From Orbicella franksi (taxonomy: Eukaryota), in the NCBI GenBank assembly GCA_964199315.1, contig OZ116703.1, positions 558,001-622,000 on the forward strand: a stretch of 64,000 nucleotides of DNA, read 5' to 3'. Under the pieces are notes generated by a model. It did not search any database and was not told where the DNA came from. It saw nothing but the letters and a program-made list of their open reading frames with translations. The position numbers and the translations under genes are program-made. This document shows positions 23,501-34,412 of this stretch, in pieces; the first letter of the stretch is position 1; every line of letters starts with the position of its first letter.

Positions 23501-26500
23501 AATCAGTACAGTGGAAATCAGTACAGTGGAAATCAGTACAGTGGAAATCAGTTCGGTGTAAAACTAAAACTAAACTTAAATGATATCTTAAACCGTTTAC
23601 AGTTGTCATAAAGCTAAACTCAAAGCAAATAACACAAAAAATAACCCGTGTGCTTGATGAGACATGCAGACACATGCATGATTGGTTTGCGTGAACACAG
23701 ATACCAGTCCTTTCTTAGTTACAGTCGTCTCTTGTTTTGTTACAAATGAATGAAAGTGAGCCACGCGTAAGTAAATCGAATTTGTCAAATATCGTTAAGT
23801 TTGCTCTTTTAGTTTTCTCAGCTTTTTAATACTGTAACTTGCATGAAATACGGAGTTGTTGTTGTGCAAACTTCGCCATAGTGTCATTTTACAAATCTTA
23901 AAATCTGATTATTTTATGATGGGCAGGAATTCGTGTCAGTGGTCCTCATGACCCTTCTGGCAGGGCGCAGGGTCCCCCGCTTAGGACAGCTCAGAGGTAA
24001 GGAGAGTGAGAAATTCATTGTCATGCCTTGTGATTTGAATACAACATATTATACATTAAAAGCTCGCGTTTAAGAACCTAAAATTTAAGAACCTGATAGG
24101 CTAAAATTTCCCAGTTTTAAAGCAACCTCCACATAAGAACCATTCTAGGCTAAAATCTCAATACAGGTTTTTATTTCCAAAATATAGGTTTTTTGAAATA
24201 TAATACAGTACATCACAAGCGATACAGAAAAAGTTAACAAAAACTAGGCAGAGCACTGGCAGTGTTATAAGACCACAATATCACTGTACTATGAATGATT
24301 CAATATGAAGGCCACACTTATGAGTACAAGTTGGTTTTTAAGCAAAAATTAAGAACCTGATGATTAAGAACCTAGGTAGCCTAATTTCACAGTAAACACC
24401 ATTTATATAAGAACCTATGGAGGCTAACTTGAAAAAACCTAGGTTCTTATACGCGGTTTTTACTGCGTAACTGTTGTCGCATCGAAAAGACGAATGAAAA
24501 TCCTGTCGTTCATTTGTTTAACTGTCGTCTTCTGTTTTGTCGTCCATACTCAAGTTCCTTGCATGTTGTTTTTCTCTTTATCCACCAGGATTCAACAGAA
24601 CAGGTCCACTGAAAATTCTTCATCGTGCCGTGGAATCAGATTAGCAAACATTGTTGAAGGTTCTTCCGGGACCTCCAACAAGAAACCTTCTCCGAGCCCC
24701 TTTAGGGCCTCTCCGTTTGAGCTTTCAAGAGGCCTTAACAAAAAGAGCTCTCTATTGGACAGCGACAGTGATTCCGATGACGACGCAGATCATATTGGAG
24801 CTTTAAGCGGCGAGGGTGACAGCGATATGGAACTTGACGAACCAGATCGGCGGTCCGTATCCATGGCGACAGGAATTACCCATGATCACCCTTACGCGTG
24901 GGCTTTGGATGGACGCGTTGCTAGTTTAAATGAAGGAAACGGCATGCCTGGACATATTCATGTAAGGCTCAACAAACCAAACCATACTTCGAGAATATTA
25001 ACGGGCAGACCCAAGAATCCCTTACACGGGCCCCTGTCCCTTGTCATATGTGACAATTTACCCATTGTTTATTGCGAACTTGTGGATTTAGGTGCCAGTG
25101 TTAATAGGCGAGTAGCAAATTAGATGTAACATTTGGTTGGCGTCTAATTTTGTATAGGTTGCTTCTTTTTCTCGTCAGGTTCGTCACGAGATAGGTCCGT
25201 TCCCCGGTGCTATCCCTGTGATTTAGGTACTAGCGGTGGGATTACTACTGATACCCGTGGGGCGTGTTTCCTTTTCGTCGGATTCCCCGGTAGTGTACGG
25301 TATACTAATGAACTAAACGTTCTTTGGTTATAGCTTCCACAGTTGGCGACTAGCGTGATTTCCCCGCCCAGCGTTCACACTGGAAACTGTTACTTGACTC
25401 GCATGTTCTCACGCCTTGTCAAGGAAACATTGGACCTGATGACCACACTCTCCCAGGACACTGTAGCCTCGCCACAACAGGGTGCGGTCAGTGAAGGCAT
25501 CTTACCCGCTCTGTCGATAGCACAAGAAGAGTGCCAGTCGATTCAGAACTCTGTCATGTCCAACTTGGAGAAGTCATGGGCGTGGCTGGCGGGGGTGCTG
25601 GATGTGGTTGAAGGGCAACTTAGAATGGGGAAAAATTTTGATACCAAGGTAGCCTCTAATTTTCTTATTTAGTATTTCAATAATATCGATCGCATTTTAT
25701 ACTAATTGTCTTAATTGCTCTTGTAGCATTAATCATGCTAACCATTGTACTAAGCTAATTATACTAACCGATGTAAATTTGTGCAATATCAATGCTGTGA
25801 TCAAAAAAGTTGAATCTTTTTGTTGCTTTTCAGCGGTACCTTGCCTCACTCCAGCGCCCTGAAGACACGGAATTAGCCATGCTGACAAGGACTGTGTCAA
25901 CTATCCCCGGGGCCTCCCCTGAGGAGTATCTAATGTTTCTTTTGAGAGCTCATAACAACGAGCATAAGGATTCACTTCCTGTTGTTGATATGCTGTGGTG
26001 AGTGGTTTGATTCACTTCCTGTTGTTGATATGCTGTGGTGAGTGGTGTGATTCACTTCCTGTTGTTGATATGCTGTGGTGAGTGGTTTTGGGAATCAGAT
26101 ATTTTGTTAAAACTTCGCGATCAGTTTTGTGTTGCCAGATTGATTGCCTGAACAGGCATTCGTGTAACTCGCGAGTATGACTAAAATTGTCCAGTCGGCA
26201 TGCCGGCAGGTCAAGCAAGGCGTCCCGAAAGCCTGAGTCTTCGGTCGATCACTTAAGACTTTAATGATCTGGTTACATTTTTTCCGTACTTTACCAGAAT
26301 TCCTCTTCACCATGTGACTCAAATTGTATTCCTTGTAGTTATGAACATGCTGTGTATGTCCTGGATGCCTTTATTTACTCCATGACGCACTGGCCTCGCG
26401 CTGGAGTAAGCTTCGACCGCAGTATCTCTGTGTCGAGTCACGATGGAGACGATTCTGGACCCAGTTCCTCTCAGCCTTCGCAGCACGAAGATGCCTCAGG

Positions 26501-29500
26501 CCTAGAAACTAGGCCTTCCCCCAACACGGAGACCAAGCGGCGACGGAGGCACAGCTACGAGCGAGAAGCCATCTTGAAGTTCTTTGGAATGGATGTGATA
26601 CACGCGGACAGGGAGAAGTTTCTAAGCAGTCTGCAGGATACACTACAGCAGAAATTCCCCAAGGTCCCTAAAGCATCGTGGGAAGTGTTTACACATAACG
26701 TGACAATGGCTCGTCAGAAATCAAGTGACGACACAAAGATGGCGTCACAGAGGGAGACTGATGAGGAGTCTGGGCTGCCGACCACGTTTAGTGCGATGGG
26801 CATGTAAGTAATTATAATGAACTTATCAGTTCTATACGGATTGTGAGAGTGTTCACACCTGCTTGTATCCTAAGCTGATAACATAAAAGCTGTTGCTTAT
26901 TTTATCGCTTTTTCTTGTAGACATACCTACACCACTCCCCTAGTACTGAATTGGTCACCTGATCAAGTGATAGGCAGATGGAAAATTTCTGTGGATCTGT
27001 TTTCCCGCCTTTTTCTGGCGGATGGCCCTGGGGCCGAGAGAGACAGTTTCCTAGCAGCACGTGCTGGTGTGGCGGGAAGGTTGGCCAGGTACGCATGCGC
27101 GTTTGGTTCCGCACGAGTTGGACGGCAGTGTATGCTTATATAGCCGCTATTGAGTGGTTAAAAATAAATAACAAGCTACTGTAATTTTCGTGTTCTTTTA
27201 TGTTCAGGTTCCGTCGCGCTGCTTCTTATCTTCGTGAATCCATCACAAGCGAATCTCAGCAGCTTGGTGTTTATGGAGGACTGGGCGGGAGAGTCGGTAC
27301 CACTCTCTCACTGTCAATCAAGAGGCAGAAGATCCAGGAAAACACTCTGAGAATACTTGGAGAGGTAATGTTCATGGCGCAACACAAGAGGTCTACCAAA
27401 GATTTTTACACAACAATTTTGGGCGAGTTTATTGGAAATAGTTTCCCTTACCAGCTGCCATTCTGTGAAGCACTTCTGTTGTCAGTTGTTCTGCTATTAT
27501 TCACTTGTAAAACAAAAACTTAAGGTCGCAAGTTCTTAGTTCTGATATTACCAGGGACTCGCTGAAGATAGCCTTTTTTGTCATTCGTGTGACAAATCGT
27601 GTTTGTAGATATCTTTAGATTGGCCTTAAAATGAATCCTAATTTCCTCCTCCGAACCTATCTTGCAGATGTCCACATTTCACTATAGCAACCTACGAGTC
27701 AAATTCGAGGGAGAGGAGGGGTCTGGGCCTGGAGTGAACCGAGGATTTTTCGCTGCAGTGGCGAATGCATTGAAAACGGATGAAAAGGTTAAGTACGACA
27801 CTTTATGCCACTTTAAATTAAGGATTGTGCACAAACATCAAAGGTATCATCAAAGTTATCAAAGGTAGTCCGCAAATCGCACAACGCTCTTGTGACTACC
27901 GTGACTGATGACGTCACCGTGGCTGACGACTTAACCGTGGCTGATGACGTCACCCTGACATGCCATAGGAACCGTGATTGATGAACTGCTGAAACTAGGA
28001 CTATTCACCTTTAATTGGTCATTGTTACCTTTACTTTATAGACACACAGAAAACTTGAGCTGAAGTCGAACGATTGACGAGAGGAAGGAAAATGTTTATT
28101 GCGTTGTGTTATTTGCATTGTTTCTCAGCTAAGGCAGTTAACTTAACAGTGTCATCTGATTTGCAGTTGCCAATGGAAACCACAACTCTACTCCACGAAC
28201 CAGGCAAGTTACCAGAGCAGAGTGGCTTCTATGCGCCTAAACCATTTGCCTATTCAGAGAAATCCCCGCAGGAAAATCACACTAAGGTAACTATCTTCGA
28301 TCTTGATGAGTTAATAACTGAAGGGAGCGCTGTGAGAAAGAAACTCTCCAGTTTCGGTAAAGCGAAAAAGAAAAACATCACAACTTTATACAGGAAACAA
28401 ACTCTTTGTTGCAAAGTCTCGGAGTAGTTCTTAAAGAGTTTTCGATTCTTGCCAGTCAATCACACGTTAGTACAAATCCCTGTGAACACTCTGAAAATTG
28501 TCACGCCCGCGTGACGTTACAGAACATGTCCATAAGCGTTGCTCCCTAGCAACTTCTCTGAAGGTTCCGTTCGTATTGTCCGTCTTATTTGGCCATGTTT
28601 TCATGTTTGTTTCAGACTAATCGCCTGAAGATGTTCACAGCCATTGGACGATTCATTGGTTTGAGTCTTTGGTTCAGCAACACTGTTCCACTAAACTTCA
28701 GTCGCCACGTGGTCAAATTCCTATTGGAAAGGTAATTTTCTCTAGAGCACTTTCTGCATTGCTTATCAAATGAACAATCTTCATTTAACTTCTCGCATTC
28801 GGTGATAGTCATTATGCCTCTTCGCTATCACGAGTATTGATCTGAGGTGATAACAGAAGCGTCATTTAACTGTTTAGTTTGTATTTGGTCCTGTGGTAGA
28901 GGTCCTCGTCGTGATTGTTATTTCCCAGTGATACGTTTAAATTTCGTTTGGTATCTACAAACATGGTTGATCATCGCAGTTATACACTCACCTTAAGCAG
29001 TTGTGAAATTAAAACCTGAAAAAATTCAGGCGACCTCCGCGATGTCGATGCAGTACTCTACCAACTGAGCTATCAAGCCAACTGGGAGCTGGTCATATTG
29101 TGAGTTGGTAATATACCCGTAGATAGTGAAGAATGCAAGTGAATATATTCACTTGGTTCAGTATGGTATCTGTCAGATAACGTTGTTGGCAAAGTAATTT
29201 TTTACATTTTTTCATCATGATGATTGTTGTTTCGTTTTATTCAGGGATGTCACGTGGGAAGACCTTGCGTTTTTCAATGCTGACTTGTTTGAGGGTCTCA
29301 GTCGTATGGTTCTTGACAGTCATCACCCAATGATGACGTCAGAGCGCTTTCAGGCCACGTACTGCTGTCATTTTGAGGTGAATTTTTCAAGTTAGAATTT
29401 TCTCTTCATTTTTATGATTGATCATTTCTTAAATGTTCTTTTTGCCGAATGAGGCATGTGAAGAAAATGTCCTATTATCGATCATGTTATTTATTCTCAT

Positions 29501-31993
29501 AACATGTCTACTTGACGATTGATATTGGTATTGTAAGGAGATGTCAGATGTTGGTCAGTTTTTGGAATTAAAGGTCGTCGATTGAAGGGCTTCAGAGCTA
29601 TGCGATGCCTGCTTAGTTGCATGCGAGAGGTAGAAAGAATTTTTCTTACAAATCTAGACAATAATTTGCCTTTCACTTTCTGCCATCAGACCTCGGTCGG
29701 CGGTACTACAGAAGAACTGGTTCCAGGAGGCTCGCATATTCCTGTGACGCCTGAAAACATCTACAAATACGTCAGGTAATAATAATGTTTATTGTCCAAC
29801 TGCAGCGATTACTGTCCAAATAACAGTACAAATATACAGCGATATTGTACAGTAGAAAACCTGTTTGGCGTATTTGTACAGTAGAAAACCTGTTTGCCGT
29901 ACAGGTCGGCGCGCCCACGCAAAACTGTCACACTCTCCCTCTTTCATTGATAAATTTACTGACTACAGCTGTTGGATAATAAATCTCTTATTAGATGTTT
30001 GGTGTTAGATGTTTTGGTGTTTCGTTGTTTGTATTTTGACTCGTAAAAATATACAACGATACTACACACCAAAACATCTAATAAGATATACGTATTTTAA
30101 TGTTACTGTGTATTTATTGACCTAGTGGAAAGGCTGCAGGGGTAAAATATTTCAAATGAATAATCTTTTAACTCCGCTGGCTAGCACAGCCTGCTGTCAT
30201 ATCGTATCGGTATTTAGTAAAATATTTTCACTGCGCTATGCAGTGAGAATAAGTTGTAAGCTAGTACATGTGGTTAGTGTCTTGCTCATGACCAGGGGCC
30301 CGTTTTTCGAAGGTCCCGAAAAGTTTTCGCACCCGGAAAGTCGTAGCAAACTCTCAAACCTTCTGATTACAGAGCTTTGTTATTCACGTATTTTTAATAT
30401 GAACAGAGGTTCTCTTCATACAAGAAGTTTCAGGCGTATGCACCTCTCTGTTTTCAGAAAAAGATCAACTAAAAATGGCTTTGCGGACCCGAAAAGTTTC
30501 TGGACCTTTCGAGAAACAGGCCCCAGGTCAATGCAATGACGAGACATTTACTCTCACAATGTCTGTCTCCTCCCAAGAGCGTACCTGAATATGGTGCGGG
30601 TAACCCTGAAGGCGTGTATAGCTCTCGTGTAAACAAGGAAGATTTGTGAAATAGAACTGATGCAAGTTTTTCATTATTGTTATTTTTTGCAGGTTATATG
30701 CCACTAAAGTAATGATCGGCTGTGTTGAGAGTGAGCTGCGAGCAATGAGAAACGGACTGCATGACGTCATCCCATCAGAACTCTTGTCGTCTCTAACACC
30801 AGAGGTGAGCCGTCGGTCATATTTTCAGCAGTGCGACCATAGTCAATATTGACATGGTGGTAACTGCATGAAATGTAGCATATATGTATGTCCTATCAGA
30901 GAGAAGATACTTGACCGTTGTACTTGTGATGAGGGTTGTTCTGTGAAAGTCACGCAACTTTCTTTTCTCTATCTTCACATGTTGTTTAGGATTTTCAGTT
31001 GTTGCTGTCAGGTGGTACAACAGATGTGGACATAAACCGTCTTCGTTCCGTCATCACATTCAGCAACAGTAATGGCTGTTCAACTGATATACTCGACAGA
31101 TTCAAACGGTAAGTGACAACTTGCTTTCAAGCTTAATAATTCCTCGACTTTTGGATTGGTAACAACTTCCTGCATGTGTCGTCACACGTTGCATTTTCAG
31201 CTGACCATTCTCCTGCAAACTGCTGCCTTAGCTTGAGTTGGATAGCTATAGAACCCTTTTTAAGGCGTTCACCTACTTTGATTTCAAGTTTACCTTCATC
31301 TTTGTTGTGTTGGCTTTACCAGGTGGTTCTGGTCCATTGTACAGAAGATGACTCCTCTTCAAAGACAGCAGTTGTTGTACTTCTGTACAGGAAGTGCAGT
31401 GCTTCCAGCATTGTCCGACAGAAGGGATCCTGACCAAGGTACCATTCAGTAATTCATGGTTTGTCTATGAGCGAAAAGAGCTGTTGAGTTTCTCTGGTTA
31501 AGCCTTCAGTCTCTGTCAGTGGTTGCTAAGTAATCAGTGTTGTGTAGGGTTTTGTCGGCTGTCGCCGCACTTGCAGACGTGACAAAGTTCCCGTATGTCC
31601 GCTAGTTCTCGAGAACTCTCATACCTTGAAGCATGTCGTCATCAGCAAATGTCACATTGCCACGAGATACCGACGTAATTCCAGGCTCGATAAGATCTCT
31701 GAAATCAAGTTCTAGTGGAAGCGAGACTGTGAATAGAGGTCACACTAGTTGTTGAAATTAGACCAGGAAAAAAAGCCCACTTGTTTGATACAAAAACAAT
31801 AATGACAATTCTTTTTCTCTTTTGTTTTCCAGACCTCAATATCACTGTGGACGTTATCAGTGGAAATACCAAAGCGTTACCCATGGCAACCACGTGCGGT
31901 CAGCGGATGAGCATTCCGTTGTACCCATCAAAGAAAATCCTGAAGAGAAAGCTCCTCCAAGCCATTCAGTGCCAGGGATACGGCTTAGGCTGA
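11502..31993 (+). CDS. UBR5: UBR5/EDD/hyd-like HECT E3 ubiquitin ligase, divergent (~2757 aa, 29 exons)
   Basis: Exons: 11502-12764, 13229-13526, 13785-13935, 14786-16137, 17140-17472, 18128-18243, 18501-18606, 18710-18963, 19324-19534, 19690-19832, 20694-20837, 21248-21304, 21580-22622, 23298-23482, 23927-23996, 24589-24961, 25343-25648, 25834-25997, 26339-26803, 27208-27364, 27668-27787, 28167-28286, 28616-28731, 29245-29377, 29690-29775, 30693-30804, 30990-31108, 31323-31438, 31833-31993. The sum is 8274 nt, all introns GT-AG with consistent phases. UBR5-like blocks occur in order: VAVGPEFLGLLFNDGRVCRV, GDLQW, ELQGEKIQSLSC..FWWG, TPFMTAV, FLRSV, VVPVREGVAKP, LLRAHNNEHKDSLPVVD, VKFEGEEGSGPGVNRGFF, IGRFIGLSL, and HECT catalytic LPMATTC..IPLYPSKKILKRKLLQAI. 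Confidence 0.9.
14229..14450 (-). mobile_element. Degenerate tRNA-derived SINE (second family)
   Basis: The reverse complement begins GAGGCAGTATGGCCGAATGGTTA (A-box-like). The element is truncated or degenerate. Confidence 0.5.
16494..16642. mobile_element. Small TIR element (MITE)
   Basis: AAACATGTTCTCTGTGTTTCTATAGAGTTACAGAAAC pairs with the inverted GTTTCTATAACTTGATAAAAACACAGTACATGTTT. Confidence 0.6.
16993..17121 (+). mobile_element. 3' fragment of the same SINE family, in UBR5-like intron 4
   Basis: GGGGTAACCTTGCAATGGACTAG...CTTAGTCGCTTCATGCTACGGAAAC...CCACTTGGCTTGTATGCAGACTTTACC matches 62385-62507. Confidence 0.75.
17603..17786. mobile_element. MITE with TTAA target-site duplication (Kolobok-like termini)
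   Basis: ttaa-GGTGGCTCAAAACAGTTT...AAACTGTTTTGAGCCACC-ttaa: a perfect 18-bp TIR. Confidence 0.8.
20272..20528. mobile_element. MITE (PIF/Harbinger-like)
   Basis: Left end tta-GGCCCGTCCACAATACGCCGGAGGAATT; right end AATTACTCCCCCGTAGTTTTGACGGGGCC-tca. Confidence 0.7.
23501..23552 (+). repeat. 3.5 x 15-bp tandem repeat
   Basis: (AATCAGTACAGTGGA)3 AATCAGT. Confidence 0.95.
24059..24461. mobile_element. MITE with subterminal TAAGAACCT repeats
   Basis: AAAGCTCGCGTTTAAGAACCT at the left and AGGTTCTTATACGCGGTTTT at the right. Several internal TAAGAACC copies. Confidence 0.65.
25969..26088 (+). repeat. 3 x 40-bp tandem repeat spanning an exon-intron junction
   Basis: GATTCACTTCCTGTTGTTGATATGCTGTG|GTGAGTGGT(T/G)T at 25969, 26009 and 26049. 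Confidence 0.95.
27898..27959 (+). repeat. 3.4 x 18-bp tandem repeat
   Basis: ACCGTG(A/G)CTGA(T/C)GAC(GTC/TTA) units. Confidence 0.85.
28975..29140 (-). mobile_element. tRNA-related interspersed repeat remnant
   Basis: The reverse complement has GATAGCTCAGTTGGTAGAGTACTGCA (tRNA A-box/D-arm) but the T-arm/B-box is missing. Confidence 0.55.
29845..29902 (+). repeat. 2 x 29-bp tandem duplication
   Basis: TTGTACAGTAGAAAACCTGTTTG(G/C)CGTA twice. Confidence 0.85.
29985..30086. repeat. Small foldback with a tandemly duplicated arm
   Basis: TCTTATTAGATGTTT(T)GGTGT occurs about twice at the left, and its reverse complement ACACCAAAACATCTAATAAGA occurs at the right. Confidence 0.6.
30296..30523. mobile_element. 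MITE with CAG target-site duplication (Harbinger/ISL2EU-like)
   Basis: cag-GGGCCCGTTTTTCGAAGGTCC...GGACCTTTCGAGAAACAGGCCC-cag. Confidence 0.8.
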
Positions 31994-34412
31994 AAGATAA
32001 ACGCACTAGCCCCACGTTACTGGATCACAAGCGATATTTTCACTTGAGTAACGAGATGGTTATAATTTAGTAGTAATTTGTAGAGACATTGTCTTGAGAA
32101 CTTGTCACGAGATTCACACGCGTTCATCACGTGCACAGGAGATGCTGGCCTTTATGAAAGCCAATGAAAAGCCCCCAAAATAGCCTGCTCATTGAACGAA
32201 ATCAGTTTGACGCGTGCCCACTTGGCAAGCACGTGTTTTATTTACGAAGAAGACGAGGATGTTTGGCGAATGTGTTAAGTCGTTTTCTGTGATGAACACC
32301 TTTAACTGATCCGTCGAGGTTAATTGGTGCAGTTTGCACTGAACTATTCAAGTAGACCGTTCAGTGTTACTTTAGAGATGAAAATTCGCAAGGAGCCTTG
32401 AAGTCAGCGACTGAAAGAAATAGTCAAACAACTACCTGTTTTGAAATCAAGAAATCCGACGTATTTAATTTCAGTTATTGACAACGTAGAAAGAATACGC
32501 AAACCTCGCTTTTAGAACCTAATAGCTTGTTTTAATGTCTTGGTCGTACAGAGGCCATCCAGAAATGTTCTTCAGGACCAAGTTAGTGAAGCGGTCTTGC
32601 TATTTTCTGGTAAATCAGAAGTTTTGATGTTTAAAATAAGTAGTTTAGTAATAAACAAGATTGAAAAGAAACAAGACTGGAATGCATGAAGCAGCACTGT
32701 TTAGCCTCAGTTTACCGTCAATCAAGCACGTTGTTTAACACTGACAACCACGCAGACACGTGACAGGTTAGCGCGTACTGAGAGATTGTGCCGAAAGACT
32801 TTCTAGAAGGTAGTTCAAGGTGAAAGGTCCTCAGACGGTTGATGCTTCGACACTGGGCAAACTCAACTTTTTTGATACCCCAACCCCCTTACCCCCCTTA
32901 ACCCCCACCCCCACTCAACCCCCTCTCCCCCACCCTTCGCTGTTTTTTTTTTTTTGTCTTCAGTCACAAATTGTTTTTATCACAATCAAAAGATTGCTTG
33001 CGGGCGGGGTGGGGGGAGGATAGTCAATAACTGGTCATTTCAATCATCTTCGAAATACAAAATTTTATTCCACAAATGCATTCGACAGATTTGATTAGAA
33101 GGCAATATTTCAGCAAGCGTTGTATATTTCGTCGCTTCTTCATATATAGACCCGTTCTACTATAAATTTTCCAAAGTAGAGGGCCAAGCATTGTACATGT
33201 GCGTTTAACTGCACTTCCTACCTATGACAAGGTAGTAATGATCTCAAAGTGAATGCACCGCTGTCCACGTTAACTGCATTTAGACGTGATTCCAGAACAG
33301 GTGCGACTATTGCTTCAAACTTAGTAGACGATAACTTTTCTTAAACGTTCGTTCAAACAATCGACCCAATCGGTTCCCAAAAAGTGTTATTGAATTCCAG
33401 AGTCTCTTCATCCCCGAGGCGGCAACAGAGAAGCTAGGCAGCTTTGTAATCTGTCGCATCGAGAAAACTATTAACAACAGTTCATGCAGTTACAAAATTC
33501 CCAGATGACATTGATCCTATACGTATACTAAATATTCGCAGCACGACCCGCTTAACAGCAGTCTGTTATAGCAAAGTTAATGGAGCGGCTTTCTGATAAC
33601 CAACTCTCGTAAAACCGTAATCAAAGCCATCTTAATTGGCCAATCAGAGCAAACACAAACAATACAATAAGCCAATCAGCTGTCGTATCTGAAACATGCA
33701 CCCAGCGCCAAGCGCGGGAAAACCCGACGTGCGTAAATGCTTTGAATTGATTGCTAGAATACATAACAAAGTGCTACAGGTGAACAAATAAAACATTGCC
33801 CTACTATCGAAAACCGTTCTACAAATTCGTTGTGTAGCTTAAACGGCCCTGTTATTTAACTAACTTGCCTTTATTTCTAAAAGTTACTGTAAAACTCCTC
33901 CATATCGTAAGGAAAAGAAATTCAGTATTTTGTGCGAAGGTTTTGATCAGTTGATAAAGCGTTATCATGATGCAATGTTTGATGCACGGATCCGTCCAGC
34001 TATCAGGTCTGGCAGAGGATCTTTCATACCAAACCCAAACAGGTGTTGTTTGGTTTTTCTAGTTAGCCGTATCATTCGGCAGGCTTATTAATTCGCTACT
34101 TAACGAGCGCATACCATTGATTGGCGAGTCAGTGACTCTGACACTATAAACGCATTATTTCTAAGCTGTATTTTGACATTTGACAATCCTATGTTGCATG
34201 CACTTTGCATGATTGAAAAACGAATCATTCCAAAATAAATACAAAAGGTGCAAATTGAAGAAATTCTTTTCTATTGTACAATTACGGTCTCCAAATTCGA
34301 ACAAAGACACATTGTATGCAAATAAATTGGTAGCTATCAAATGTAAAATTTAATGTCAAAATTGAAAGTGCATCAGTGATCCACTGACACTGTTCATGAT
34401 TCGCAATGCAAT

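Noticed and set aside
25969-26088. 40-bp direct repeats as a CRISPR array
   Set aside because: The units are contiguous with no spacers, overlap a spliced exon end, and lie in eukaryotic DNA with no cas genes.
29040-29095. tRNA gene on the minus strand
   Set aside because: Only the A-box/D-arm is present; there is no T-arm/B-box or acceptor stem, so it is a SINE-like remnant.
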